Below are positions 37,286 to 47,829 of a stretch of 64,000 bases of DNA, in pieces. Origin of the DNA: Candidatus Thorarchaeota archaeon (GTDB taxonomy: Archaea; Asgardarchaeota; Thorarchaeia; Thorarchaeales; Thorarchaeaceae); contig JAFGAR010000146.1 of assembly GCA_016933575.1 (NCBI GenBank), positions 1 through 64,000 of the forward strand, in the 5' to 3' direction. The notes under the pieces are model-generated. The model was not told the DNA's origin. It searched no databases and saw only the letters and a list, made by a program, of their open reading frames with translations. How positions within the stretch are numbered: the stretch's first letter is position 1; each line of letters begins with the position of its first letter. Position numbers and translations under genes: made by a program.

Positions 37286-40186
37286 GTGATTGGATTGGTG
37301 GCTGCGAGATCGAAGAAGACTAGGACTCTCAAATCCAATGGGAACAAAGGATACGGATTGTCATATGCATTGAGCACAATTCGTGCCAATCCCTTCAGAG
37401 CGATCAGTCTAGCCCTAACGCTGAGTCTTGGTATCAGTCTCTTTGCATCAACAATGGTGTGGGGTGATACCGGGGTCTATGTGAGTATCTATGAACACCT
37501 TGAACAGAATCCGTTCCAGGTGGCGATCTCTACTTCTGCTGGCGATTTAGGCGAGCTTGCCCTTGCAGAGTCATATCTGCAGAGTAGTCCTTTCATTGAG
37601 AGCACATACCGTTTGAATTCAACAATTGGACTGGTATGGGGCACTGAACTACCTGATTCAAAAGTGTATGATATTGGTGGGTATGTCTATAGTGATGGAA
37701 TGAAGGACTGTCAGGTCTTCTTTATTGATAATGAATTTCTGAATCTGACCTATAATGAGTTCTGGCATCAAGGTGCATCGCAACTCCAAACAGGGGAGAT
37801 ACTTGTCACATCTCTCTTCATTCATAATGTCAGATCTGTCTTCAATCTGACACTAGAGATTGGTGATATTATCGACATTGAGCTTCTTACGGGAGAAGCA
37901 GCTGTCGCACCAATTGGCGACCTTGGTCGTCTAAGCCTGACTGACCTTCGTATTGTTGGTACCTATGATCCTGTCAAGATTGGCGGATTAATGGAGCTAG
38001 CTCTTCCCACCGTACGAAGAGAACACTGGAATCAGACAAATATTCGGTACCCAGTCCTTGGCTTACGCGACAGTGTCATGATATTGAAGGATTCCATCCC
38101 GCCTGATTCTCTTTCAGAGAATGGGTTCTTTGAACCTGTGGTCTTTGGCAGAGTGTCTTCGTCTGTCCTTGCTGCTAATGGACCTGAGAATGTAGCAAGT
38201 AACCTGTTTGGTCTGATGTACCGTACTGAAGAACTCTATGAGATCGAATGGTTAGGAACCAATGATATCAATGACATGCAGGATTCAATCAATACATATG
38301 TATCTACACTATCACTATCTGTTCTTGCACTCCCAGTCATCCTCCTCGCACTCTTCTTCTCAGTATTTGCAGCTGATGCTTTCATGGCCCCTCGTACAGT
38401 GGAAGTCGGTATTATCAGGTCCAAGGGTGCTAGCTATTCCCAGGTCTCTACAATCTTCCTCTGGGAGACCTTACTGATCTCTTCATTTGCAGTGCTCATG
38501 GGCGTGATCTTCAGTATCCTATTCGCTCCTCTGATCCCTGCTTCAACTAACTTCATGACATTCGACTGGAGTATCTACTTCTATTACATCTCTAAGACAG
38601 TCCTCACTTCCAATACTACGCTTCGTGCAATTACACTTACTGTTCTTCCGAGTATGCTTTTCATTCTCTATAGAGCACGACGAGCCGCCCAGACTGAGAT
38701 TGGTCTGACCTTAATGGAAGTGGAAGAGGAGACTACTGAACAGGCTGAGTCTCACGGATTCACTATTGGAGCCTCAATCGTTCTTCTTGGCATTGTGATA
38801 CTATTGATCTTCATTCTTCCCAAGACAACCATCTTCTTCTGGATGGAGCTCTCATTCGGTACTGCAGCGTGGTTCTTCATCGCCTATAATGGCTCTCGAC
38901 TCTCGCGGGTTGGGCTTGCTAAAGTATCTGAGAAACTCTCCTTCGTACTAGGCCAGAAGAATCTCATCTCTGCTGGGTATTTGAAGATGAGAAAGGGACG
39001 AATCATACCACTCATGGTCGTGCTGACATTGACAATGTCTTCAACAATTGCATTTGCGGTGCAATCAGAGAGTCTTAGGGTCGATTTGGGCAGGGAGATC
39101 AACTACTCTATAGGTGCAGATCTACGGATTGATTGCACAGCGCGAGAACTATCATATAATGATACTATAGGAGCGTATGATGGGATCGAGAGTGTGATGC
39201 CTGTCCTCAGAACCTGGGCAAAATTGGGACCTGAACAGCTCACAGTTGAAGCGATATACCCCTTGCAGTACACATCTATAGGACACTTCGATGAATCAAG
39301 TTTTCCTGATCGAGAACCTGAAGAGATTCTATCGGCACTTGCTGCAGTGAGTAATGGTATCATCATTAGTGATTTTCATGCAACCATCTGGAATAAGACC
39401 GTTGGGGACTCTCTGACCATGGAAATGAGCGGTGTTGGCACAAACCAATGGGTCGTGTTTGAAGTGGTTGGTGTGGTTCATAGTGCGCCTGGGTTTGGAT
39501 ATGCGACAGCTGCTGAAATTCCGTACTCATCACAAGGAACAGGATTTGGTTACCAAGCTGGCTACAACGGTTTTGTCTTGGCAAATATGGAGTTCATTCA
39601 ATCAAAGATCACGAATCATCAGACAAGCCTATTTCTTGCAAGCCTTGGGGATGATGCCAATCAGACTCAATTAATCGACGATCTCAGATTGCTCCCCGGA
39701 ATCTATCCCAATACGCCTGAGAGTTTTGATCTCAAATCCCACTCTCTGTATACTGCATTATTTCTCAATACTGTTGAGGGTCTGTTCTCAATAGGCTTTG
39801 TCATGTCACTGATCTTGAGCATCTTCGCATTATCTATCTCACTGGGATCTGTTGTGAGAGAGCGTAGAAAGGAGTATGCAGTAATCCGTGCAATAGGTGG
39901 GTCAAGGAGTCAAGTAGTGAGTATGGTCTTTTCTGAGTTCACAGGAGTGGTTCTTGCTTCACTTGCTCTTAGCCTGATTCTCGGTGCTGTCTTTGGATTT
40001 GTCATGCAATTTTTGCTCAATAATATGAGTCCGTTTTCCCGGGTCTTGGCAACAACAATATCATTTCCAATGCAATTTCTCTCAATAGTACTTCTCATTG
40101 AGATACTGACTATGATAATAGGGGCTTACTTACCAGCACGAGAGGCTGCAAGAACTGAGCCCGCTGTAGTATTAAGGAATATGTGA
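37286..40186 (+). CDS. FtsX/MacB-like ABC permease (duplicated-domain type)
   Basis: RSKGAS, GADLRI, RAIGGS, PAREAARTEP. Confidence 0.88.
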   Translation: MIGLVAARSKKTRTLKSNGNKGYGLSYALSTIRANPFRAISLALTLSLGISLFASTMVWGDTGVYVSIYEHLEQNPFQVAISTSAGDLGELALAESYLQSSPFIESTYRLNSTIGLVWGTELPDSKVYDIGGYVYSDGMKDCQVFFIDNEFLNLTYNEFWHQGASQLQTGEILVTSLFIHNVRSVFNLTLEIGDIIDIELLTGEAAVAPIGDLGRLSLTDLRIVGTYDPVKIGGLMELALPTVRREHWNQTNIRYPVLGLRDSVMILKDSIPPDSLSENGFFEPVVFGRVSSSVLAANGPENVASNLFGLMYRTEELYEIEWLGTNDINDMQDSINTYVSTLSLSVLALPVILLALFFSVFAADAFMAPRTVEVGIIRSKGASYSQVSTIFLWETLLISSFAVLMGVIFSILFAPLIPASTNFMTFDWSIYFYYISKTVLTSNTTLRAITLTVLPSMLFILYRARRAAQTEIGLTLMEVEEETTEQAESHGFTIGASIVLLGIVILLIFILPKTTIFFWMELSFGTAAWFFIAYNGSRLSRVGLAKVSEKLSFVLGQKNLISAGYLKMRKGRIIPLMVVLTLTMSSTIAFAVQSESLRVDLGREINYSIGADLRIDCTARELSYNDTIGAYDGIESVMPVLRTWAKLGPEQLTVEAIYPLQYTSIGHFDESSFPDREPEEILSALAAVSNGIIISDFHATIWNKTVGDSLTMEMSGVGTNQWVVFEVVGVVHSAPGFGYATAAEIPYSSQGTGFGYQAGYNGFVLANMEFIQSKITNHQTSLFLASLGDDANQTQLIDDLRLLPGIYPNTPESFDLKSHSLYTALFLNTVEGLFSIGFVMSLILSIFALSISLGSVVRERRKEYAVIRAIGGSRSQVVSMVFSEFTGVVLASLALSLILGAVFGFVMQFLLNNMSPFSRVLATTISFPMQFLSIVLLIEILTMIIGAYLPAREAARTEPAVVLRNM

Positions 40187-40195
40187 GGTGAAAAA

Positions 40196-43111
40196 ATGGC
40201 CAAAAAGAAGAATACAAAGGACATCCTCAAGGGCAATCGTCTATGGTCTATTGGCTACGCACTCGTTTCACTGAAGCATAATCCCACACGAAATATTGGA
40301 ATTGCGCTTGTTTTAGCTATTAGCATAGCCCTCCCGACAACAGTCTTCTCCTGGACAAACACAGGCACAATTCTCGCAGTTGAAGATTACTTCAATAATA
40401 ATGCATACCAGTTCAGTGTTCAGAGTAGCCCTGGTGATATTGATTATACACACCTCTTTGATGCTCAGAACCTCATTATGGCTAGCCCTTTCACCAGATA
40501 CGCTCACGTTGTTCCAAGCACTGTAGGGCTTCTTAGAATCGATGGAACGACTCCAGAATGGGAAGTATACTATACAGGCTCTCTCAATTATGCCCTGGGA
40601 TTGAAGGATACAAGAGTCATTACTGTGACTCCTGAGATTCTCGATGTATGGTCCACTGAATTAGTATGGGAAGGCAACTTTTCACTCAATCCTGGAGAGA
40701 TTCTTGTATCCCAACGATTCATCGATACTGCATTACAAGTCACAGGTGGTTCGGTTGAGATTGGTCTAGGTTCAGAGATAGGCATAGACGTTCTCTGCAA
40801 TCGATACATACCTAGAAGTGGTCAACCATTTGACCCGCTCGAACTTGAACGTCAGATAGTGAGAAATCTCACGATAGTTGGTGTCTACCAGATTGTGCGT
40901 TCATCTATTGTCGGACAATCATTCCCCGAGATTTACAGAAGGAACTGGGATCCCATGGGAATGGCTGAGAGTGTTTTGGGAATTTCAGATTCTGTTCTGA
41001 TGCTACAGGATGAGCTCCCTGAGGATTCTATTGATACCATGATTAACAACGGTTTCTTCTCGCCGGTCTGCTTTGTGCGTGGTTCCTCTGATGGACTCAT
41101 CGCCGCTGGACCCTTTGCTGCTGCTTTCAATATGCAGTCCCTCAGTATCCAAGTAGAAGAGAGTGACCAGACACTAACCGTCGTGACACTGGGTTCAATC
41201 GAGAATCTTCAGACACATATCAACACGTATGCTGCAAGTCAGGTCTTGATTATCTTGGGACTCCCCATAATGATCATGAGCTTGATGTTGACCATATTCA
41301 CCTCTGAAACATCAGTTTCACAGAGGAAGGGTGAGATCAGTGCGTTACGATCAAAAGGAGCCTCATTCAACCAGATCTTCTCAGCATTCATCTGGGAGTC
41401 GTTAATTCTCTCCCTCTCAGGATTTATCATTGGATTGAGTTTTACGTTGCTGATGGCTCCTCTCATGGGGTCATCCACTGGTCTCCTATCAATTGACCCA
41501 ATCAAATACGAGCTGTTTGTGAGTAGGTTTGCTTTACCCGGAGAGGCAATAACCCTAGCCGCCATCATTGCTCTATTCCTACCAGCTGCATATCTATTCC
41601 ATGTTTCTAGAAGGATAGACATAACTGAAATCGGTCAACCAACAATACGCCAGACATATGAAGTCCCTGAAGAAGTTGGATTCACAGTCTATGCAGTCGG
41701 TCTTGCAGTCGTACTAGCAATTCTCGTACTTGTCCCATTACTCGTTGCTCCCAATGGGCAGAATGCCCTCTATGAAATCCTTCTCTCGACACTTCTATTG
41801 TTTGCATCAGCCTACCTCGGTTCACGAGCCATGCGACTCATCACCGCTGAAGCCTCTGAGAAAATCACGCGAATAATGGGTGAAAAACGACTGTACTTGA
41901 CACAGAGCTTACGCAGAAGGAAGGGACAATTCATCCCTCTCCTTGTTGTCCTTACCCTGACACTGACAACAACAACAATGATGCTTATTCAGACAGCAAG
42001 CTTTGAGAACACCCTCATAAACGAGGCAAACTACTCCCTTGGGTCAGATATACGAATTCAGACTCCTGAACAGGACTTTGACTGGATTGACAGTCTACCC
42101 TCCTCCACCTTGATTGATGGAGCAACACCTGTAATCGAAGCTCTTTCGCATGTGGGAACAGAAGGTTTCTATCTTGAGGGAATCGATGCTGCAGTGTATA
42201 GGGACATCGGGAATTTCAAGTCCACAAGTTTTGTTGGTGGGACTCCGGAGAGCATTCTAAGCGAACTTGATATCACCCCGAATGGGATCGTCATTAGTCA
42301 GTACTATGCATCGAGCTGGAATCTAACCATTGACATGACAGTCCCGATTGAAGTATTGACGGATTCAGGCAATGAGCTTGTCGTCTTTCAGGTCGTTGGC
42401 ATTATGCAGAGCGCTCCTGGATTTGGAATGGCCTCCACGCGTGACCTGTATGGCACTCCTTTTGGTTCATACTTCGACTTTCAGCCTGGCCTTGGTGGAT
42501 TTGCACTTGTGAATCTTGATTTTCTTAGAATTCGCACTGGCATTGAAACATCAGAGACCTTCTTTGTTGGCGTGTCATCTCTCTTAGATGTAGCTCCTAT
42601 GATCGATTATTTGGAGAGTCAAGTCTATACCGATGTGTATACTACAGATAACATTGAGTTCAGTCCCGACTCAGTTACTGGATTGTTCCTTGCAGGTCTT
42701 CAAGGACTTACAATGATTGGTTTCATTCTCTGTGCAGCTATGGGTATTGCATCAATTGCACTCTTCCTTGGGTCTGCTGTCATCGAGCGTGAACCTGAGT
42801 ATGCTCTCTTCCGTGCAATCGGAGGTACGAAAAAACAGGTCATTAGTCTGGTGTTTGGAGAATTTGCAGGCAGTGTACTCGCTGCAGTGCTCATCAGTCT
42901 TGTACTGGGAATCATATTCGGTTACACAGCAACATTATTGACCTTTGGTATTTCCACAGTGTGGCCAATCTTACCAAAGATATTGACATATCCACTCTTT
43001 GCAATGCTACTTACTGTTGCATTAGAGTGTGCAGTAATGATAATTGCGTGCTACTATCCAGCACGCCGAGCAGGAAACACCAATCCTGCAGAGGTACTAC
43101 GAAATATGTGA
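40196..43111 (+). CDS. FtsX/MacB-like ABC permease, paralog
   Basis: LRSKGAS, GSDIRI, RAIGGT, PARRAGNTNP. Confidence 0.88.
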   Translation: MAKKKNTKDILKGNRLWSIGYALVSLKHNPTRNIGIALVLAISIALPTTVFSWTNTGTILAVEDYFNNNAYQFSVQSSPGDIDYTHLFDAQNLIMASPFTRYAHVVPSTVGLLRIDGTTPEWEVYYTGSLNYALGLKDTRVITVTPEILDVWSTELVWEGNFSLNPGEILVSQRFIDTALQVTGGSVEIGLGSEIGIDVLCNRYIPRSGQPFDPLELERQIVRNLTIVGVYQIVRSSIVGQSFPEIYRRNWDPMGMAESVLGISDSVLMLQDELPEDSIDTMINNGFFSPVCFVRGSSDGLIAAGPFAAAFNMQSLSIQVEESDQTLTVVTLGSIENLQTHINTYAASQVLIILGLPIMIMSLMLTIFTSETSVSQRKGEISALRSKGASFNQIFSAFIWESLILSLSGFIIGLSFTLLMAPLMGSSTGLLSIDPIKYELFVSRFALPGEAITLAAIIALFLPAAYLFHVSRRIDITEIGQPTIRQTYEVPEEVGFTVYAVGLAVVLAILVLVPLLVAPNGQNALYEILLSTLLLFASAYLGSRAMRLITAEASEKITRIMGEKRLYLTQSLRRRKGQFIPLLVVLTLTLTTTTMMLIQTASFENTLINEANYSLGSDIRIQTPEQDFDWIDSLPSSTLIDGATPVIEALSHVGTEGFYLEGIDAAVYRDIGNFKSTSFVGGTPESILSELDITPNGIVISQYYASSWNLTIDMTVPIEVLTDSGNELVVFQVVGIMQSAPGFGMASTRDLYGTPFGSYFDFQPGLGGFALVNLDFLRIRTGIETSETFFVGVSSLLDVAPMIDYLESQVYTDVYTTDNIEFSPDSVTGLFLAGLQGLTMIGFILCAAMGIASIALFLGSAVIEREPEYALFRAIGGTKKQVISLVFGEFAGSVLAAVLISLVLGIIFGYTATLLTFGISTVWPILPKILTYPLFAMLLTVALECAVMIIACYYPARRAGNTNPAEVLRNM

Positions 43112-43121
43112 GGTAGTTAGA

Positions 43122-44150
43122 ATGAATACGATTGAGATCGAAGAAGAATTGGACCTTTACGGTGACCTACCTGATGATGTTGTAGTCAGTGTCAATGATT
43201 GCTACAAGATCTACAAAGCACAGGAACTTGAGGTCGTTGCACTCAGCGGAGTCTCCCTTCAGATTCTTGAAGGAAAGATCATGGCTGTTGTTGGTCCAAG
43301 CGGTAGCGGCAAGACCACGCTGATTAATGTGATTGGTGGCATTACAAAGGCCACAGTGGGAAAGGTCTACTGGGCTAATCTCAGAACTGACATCACAAAG
43401 CTCAGCGAGCGAGTTCTAACTGAGGCGCGACGGAACTTTATTGGATTCCATTTCCAACTGAATAATCTACTACCTCATCTAAATGCGTGGCAAAATGTAG
43501 AACTAGCTGCTAGAATTGCTGGAGTTCCCCGTCAGATCCGAAAGGAACGAGTAAATCGTCTGATCAAGATGGTTGGACTTGAGGAACGAAAACGGAACAA
43601 GGCAACAACTCTTAGTGGTGGTGAGAAATCTCGAGTAGCAATTGCAAGTGCTCTTGTTAATCTTATTGACACTGAAGGAAAAGGCCTCGTCCTATGCGAC
43701 GAACCTACCGGGGATCTTGACCCAGAGACCGGTGAACGTATTCTTGACCTCTTCCAAGAACTGAATGAGACCATTGGAACGTCCTTCTTCATCGTCACAC
43801 ATAGTCAACAAGTGGCTTCGAAGGCAGATGTCACAGTGGAGCTGCGTGACGGTGTCATTTCCGGGTTCCATCAGGCTGGTATTGACCTTGACATGCTGGA
43901 TACAACTCGAATCGTGCGATTGGATGACAAGTCTCGACTCCCTATGCCCACTGACCTTCTTGACCTGGCTGGCAATCCTCGCGAGTTTAGGTTGAGTTAC
44001 ACTGACAACAAGTTTGTCCTCGTCCCACAGACTGATGATGTTGTGGATACAATGCGGGCAAAGAAGGCAAGGACCTGCAGGGTCTGCGGTTCAGAGATTC
44101 CCGGTGGCAAGTTCATCTGTCCCAACTGCGGAAGCCAAGTTGTAGTCTAG
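43122..44150 (+). CDS. ABC ATPase with C-terminal AbrB/MraZ-like and zinc-ribbon domains
   Basis: GPSGSGKT, LSGGE, DEPTG; LDDKSRL; CRVC...CPNC; probable start 43122 after GAGGT. Confidence 0.88.
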   Translation: MNTIEIEEELDLYGDLPDDVVVSVNDCYKIYKAQELEVVALSGVSLQILEGKIMAVVGPSGSGKTTLINVIGGITKATVGKVYWANLRTDITKLSERVLTEARRNFIGFHFQLNNLLPHLNAWQNVELAARIAGVPRQIRKERVNRLIKMVGLEERKRNKATTLSGGEKSRVAIASALVNLIDTEGKGLVLCDEPTGDLDPETGERILDLFQELNETIGTSFFIVTHSQQVASKADVTVELRDGVISGFHQAGIDLDMLDTTRIVRLDDKSRLPMPTDLLDLAGNPREFRLSYTDNKFVLVPQTDDVVDTMRAKKARTCRVCGSEIPGGKFICPNCGSQVVV

Positions 44151-44266
44151 GCTGTCGTCTATTGATAATATGAACAATAGTCAACTCCAATCGACTGACT
44201 TACTCCCCGAAGGGTCTGTACCTAGAAACAAACCTGCTACCTATGCGTGAGAAATGATGAAATTGA

Positions 44267-44686
44267 TTACTGATGACTTGCCTCTGGCGAATCGCTCCGG
44301 TCGAGCAGTGAGACAAACTCTTCAATACATCTCCAAGTAGCCATATACTTTCTAATCCTACGACGAACTCCTTGGAGTGTCTTTGCCCCACTCAATTCAA
44401 GTTCCTTCTCAAGGTATCGAAAAATCTTCATCCCTTCTCTATCATAATCCGTAAGGATTAGTACATTCCCTTTTTTCCCAGCAACTTCAACAATCTTCTC
44501 TACAATGCGGTGCCTTGGGAGGCTTGATTGTGTCTTGATAATAGGCGCTTTTACACCAAGACTGCGAAGAATAGCGACATCACGATTTCCTTCCACAACA
44601 ATGATGAGATTCTCATATTTTGCATCAAGACTCTGGAGAATCTCAAGTAGTGCACGTTCGTTGTCTTGTAGTTTAGTTGGTCTCAT
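44267..44686 (-). CDS. Toprim-domain protein (UPF0292-like)
   Basis: VVEGNRD, LTDYDREG. Confidence 0.85.
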   Translation of the reverse strand: MRPTKLQDNERALLEILQSLDAKYENLIIVVEGNRDVAILRSLGVKAPIIKTQSSLPRHRIVEKIVEVAGKKGNVLILTDYDREGMKIFRYLEKELELSGAKTLQGVRRRIRKYMATWRCIEEFVSLLDRSDSPEASHQ

Positions 44687-44774
44687 ATGTCTTTTCTCTG
44701 GAGTTCCGGTTAGTTCTCCTTTTCTTCTCTGTGAATCCACATTCTTTCTACCCAAGGGGTGCACCTGATATCTT

Positions 44775-45818
44775 CTAAGGTGAGATTGAGACCTTCATGC
44801 TTTTTCCAGCACTCATCATCTCTAATGCTTCATTTATTCGTTCAAGCGGCATATCATGAGATATCAATAGGTCTGGATTGACATCCTTTGCTATGATAAG
44901 TTGAAGGGCTTGCTCGACATGTCTTGGTTTGAGATGGAACACTCCCTTCAGAGTGAGCTGGCCATAATGGAATCGAACCGTATCTACCTCAAAGGTAGTT
45001 CCTGAAGCAGCTCCGCCAAAGAGCACTGTAGTTCCCGCATCCCGGGTCATATCTACTGCCTGTTCCCATAATTTTGGTAGACCCACCGCCTCAATGACCA
45101 CGTCTGCACCTCTTCCTGAGGTCTCTTCCTTCACTCGTTCAACCGGGTCCTCATTAGCTGGATTGATGGCAATATCCGCTCCCGCCTTCTCCGCAATATC
45201 ACGTCTGAAGTCCGCAAGATCTGAGACAATCACAGTGGAGGCTCCACTCTTCTTTGCGAGCATCACCATCATCTGTCCAATCGGTCCAGCTCCAATGACC
45301 ACTACGGTATCACCCAGTCTGATATTTGCTTCTTCAATCCCATGAACCACACAGGCTAATGGTTCTGTCAGAGCTGCGTCTCTGAAGGATAAGGTGTCTG
45401 GAATCTGATGTGTGTTCCATCGAACAACCTCTTTTGGCACGCGGATATACTCAGCAAAGGCTCCATTCACAAGACTGTCTTTCAGTTTCGCACATAGGTT
45501 TGGCATGTCCCGCTTACAGAAATAGCAATCCCCACAGGGAGCTGAATTTGTGGCAACAACACGCATCCCGGGCTTGAACTTCTCTACTCCTTCGCCCACT
45601 GCCTCAATTGTTCCTGCATATTCATGCCCAAAGAGGGCAGGAGTATGTTTGATCAATATCGGATGTCCTCTCTTGTAGGTCTTGACATCAGTACCACAGG
45701 TTAGTGCTTTTCCTATCTTGATGAGGAGTTCCCCTGGACCTGCCTTGGGAATGTCAGTCTCCTCATACCTGACATCTCCGATTCCATAGTACATTGCAGC
45801 TCTCATCTTTCCAGACAT
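44775..45818 (-). CDS. Zinc-dependent alcohol dehydrogenase (threonine/sorbitol dehydrogenase-like)
   Basis: CGTD, GHE, CGDCYFC...C, GAGPIG. Confidence 0.9.
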   Translation of the reverse strand: MSGKMRAAMYYGIGDVRYEETDIPKAGPGELLIKIGKALTCGTDVKTYKRGHPILIKHTPALFGHEYAGTIEAVGEGVEKFKPGMRVVATNSAPCGDCYFCKRDMPNLCAKLKDSLVNGAFAEYIRVPKEVVRWNTHQIPDTLSFRDAALTEPLACVVHGIEEANIRLGDTVVVIGAGPIGQMMVMLAKKSGASTVIVSDLADFRRDIAEKAGADIAINPANEDPVERVKEETSGRGADVVIEAVGLPKLWEQAVDMTRDAGTTVLFGGAASGTTFEVDTVRFHYGQLTLKGVFHLKPRHVEQALQLIIAKDVNPDLLISHDMPLERINEALEMMSAGKSMKVSISP

Positions 45819-45917
45819 GACAATCCCATCAATGCCACTCAATGTCCGTTTAAATGACTTCCTGACGAACCCTACCGGAATCCTAATCACCATGTTCTTG
45901 AAGAGAGTCCTTGGCGC

Positions 45918-46376
45918 TTGACAATGAGATTGAAGTCAAAATATCCCGAGAAGATAGAGTACCATTCTAGCTCTGAATGGGATGGTACGACTGGTGGTAC
46001 TGCCACAGTCAGTAATGGTCGAAAGATTATCTACGACACTCCTGAGACCTATGGTGGTCGAGGTGATGGTATCTGTCCCGATGAACTCTTCGTGTCTGCT
46101 GTTCTTGGTTGTCTCAACAATACATTCCTTGACTTCCAACGTCGGTTTGAGATGGATCTGAGAAAGTTGGACCTGAAGGGAACCGCGACTGCAATCTTCG
46201 ATGGAACGGGGTACAAGATCACTGGCGTCAGTATCTCAGGTGAGGTTGTTGTTGGAGAGGATGAACTAGGGACCGGCGAACGATGCGTGCAACTCATGAA
46301 AGAATACTGCCATCTAACTCGTACCATCAAGACCTGTATACCCTTCACTTATGATATCTCTGTCCGGGAGGAATAG
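45918..46376 (+). CDS. OsmC/Ohr family protein
   Basis: GGRGDGICPDELF...GC and second Cys YCH. Confidence 0.85.
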   Translation: MTMRLKSKYPEKIEYHSSSEWDGTTGGTATVSNGRKIIYDTPETYGGRGDGICPDELFVSAVLGCLNNTFLDFQRRFEMDLRKLDLKGTATAIFDGTGYKITGVSISGEVVVGEDELGTGERCVQLMKEYCHLTRTIKTCIPFTYDISVREE

Positions 46377-46377
46377 C

Positions 46378-46869
46378 CTAGGACTTCAGTTCCTCCATGA
46401 GGTCAGCAATTCGTACCATATAGTCATCGATATTGGTCCATTGCCCTCCTTGGAAGAAGACACTTTTGCAGTACTTGCAATACCAAAATTCTTGATAGTA
46501 ATTGTAGGTCTGGTCAGGAACAAGGTCTTTTATCTGAGCCTTTTCAGTGCCTTCAACGTGGATAAGGTCTCCATTGCATTTTGTACATCGTGATATTGCA
46601 GGGTCTGCTTTTGGTTCAATTCCATACTTGAGAAATACACTTGCTACCTCTTCGTCAACACTTCCCCTCACAAGCATTGTTTCTATACCTTCATTTGATG
46701 CACGTGTTGAGAGAATTGCATCGGATGTGAGCAGGATTCTATTCTGTTCCTTTGCAATACGAAGGAGTTCATCATCATGTACCTTTGTTGAATAGAAAGT
46801 ATCGTATCCTGTGAGTCGAAGCCAAGTTGCAAGCTTGCCAAGCATGGCATCTACAATGAACGTCTTCAT
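46378..46869 (-). CDS. Mut7-C RNase domain protein
   Basis: DAMLGKLATWLRLTGYD, RCTKCNG, CKYC. Confidence 0.92.
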   Translation of the reverse strand: MKTFIVDAMLGKLATWLRLTGYDTFYSTKVHDDELLRIAKEQNRILLTSDAILSTRASNEGIETMLVRGSVDEEVASVFLKYGIEPKADPAISRCTKCNGDLIHVEGTEKAQIKDLVPDQTYNYYQEFWYCKYCKSVFFQGGQWTNIDDYMVRIADLMEELKS

Positions 46870-47771
46870 GATCTCTCACCAAAGAAAATCCGTGCAGCAT
46901 TCCTCGACATAACTTTCTCGATCTCCTCACTCGTGATCTGAGGATATCCAATATCTGTCAGTTCATCTGGAAGTCTAAGATTACTAAAGAACTCAACCCA
47001 TTGCTCTAGAGGCATAGCATATTCAAAGAGCGGAAAATCACTCCCAAATATTAGTCTATTCGGAAAGACTCGTGATATCTTTGCCTCTGCTATCATCTGA
47101 TAGACTTTCATTGGTACTCGTGAGGCGAAGACTTGCCATCCCGAAACATCAACAGAAACGTTCGGACTCTTCGAAGCAACCATCAATGCTTCGTCGGTCC
47201 ATGGTACACCAACATGTGCCAGTACTATCTTTAGGTCTGGAAAGTCCGCTGCAACCTTGTCAACGTAGACTGGTTGTCCATATTTCACATGCTTGAATCG
47301 TGATGTAAAGCCGGTATGAATGACAATGGGAATGTTCAGCTCAACGCATCTCTCGTAGTATGGATAGAACTTGTCATCATCTGGATAGAATCCATTCGGA
47401 GGATATATCTTCCACCCACGACAGTCCTTCTCCATGACAGCGCGCTCAAGTTCGATGAGTCCCTCTTCTCCTCTACGAGGGTCAATTCCAACAAAGGTGA
47501 TTATGTCTGGATACTTGGCGACCTCATCAGCATGCCAGTTCGTCTTCGCCTGAAGACTAAGAGGCATTGTCTGCGAGAGTCCACTATCAATGGGCAGCAC
47601 TACAGCTCGGTCAACGTGACCTCTCTCCATGGCTATCTTCAGAGATTCTATGGGTGAATCAAGCTGCGGTTCGATACCAGCTCGTTCAGCTGCTATCTCA
47701 CGAGCTCTTCTGTCCTTTTCGCTAATGATATCCTTTGTCCAAGTATGGGTGTGTGCATCTATAATACGCAA
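46866..47771 (-). CDS. Amidohydrolase family 2 protein
   Basis: IDAHTH, IHTG, AHVG, FGSDFP. Confidence 0.9.
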   Translation of the reverse strand: MRIIDAHTHTWTKDIISEKDRRAREIAAERAGIEPQLDSPIESLKIAMERGHVDRAVVLPIDSGLSQTMPLSLQAKTNWHADEVAKYPDIITFVGIDPRRGEEGLIELERAVMEKDCRGWKIYPPNGFYPDDDKFYPYYERCVELNIPIVIHTGFTSRFKHVKYGQPVYVDKVAADFPDLKIVLAHVGVPWTDEALMVASKSPNVSVDVSGWQVFASRVPMKVYQMIAEAKISRVFPNRLIFGSDFPLFEYAMPLEQWVEFFSNLRLPDELTDIGYPQITSEEIEKVMSRNAARIFFGERS

Positions 47772-47829
47772 GATAATCCCACATTGTTTTTCTCTTAAGA
47801 ACGGTTAAGGTTTCTGTACTCTTTTTGCT

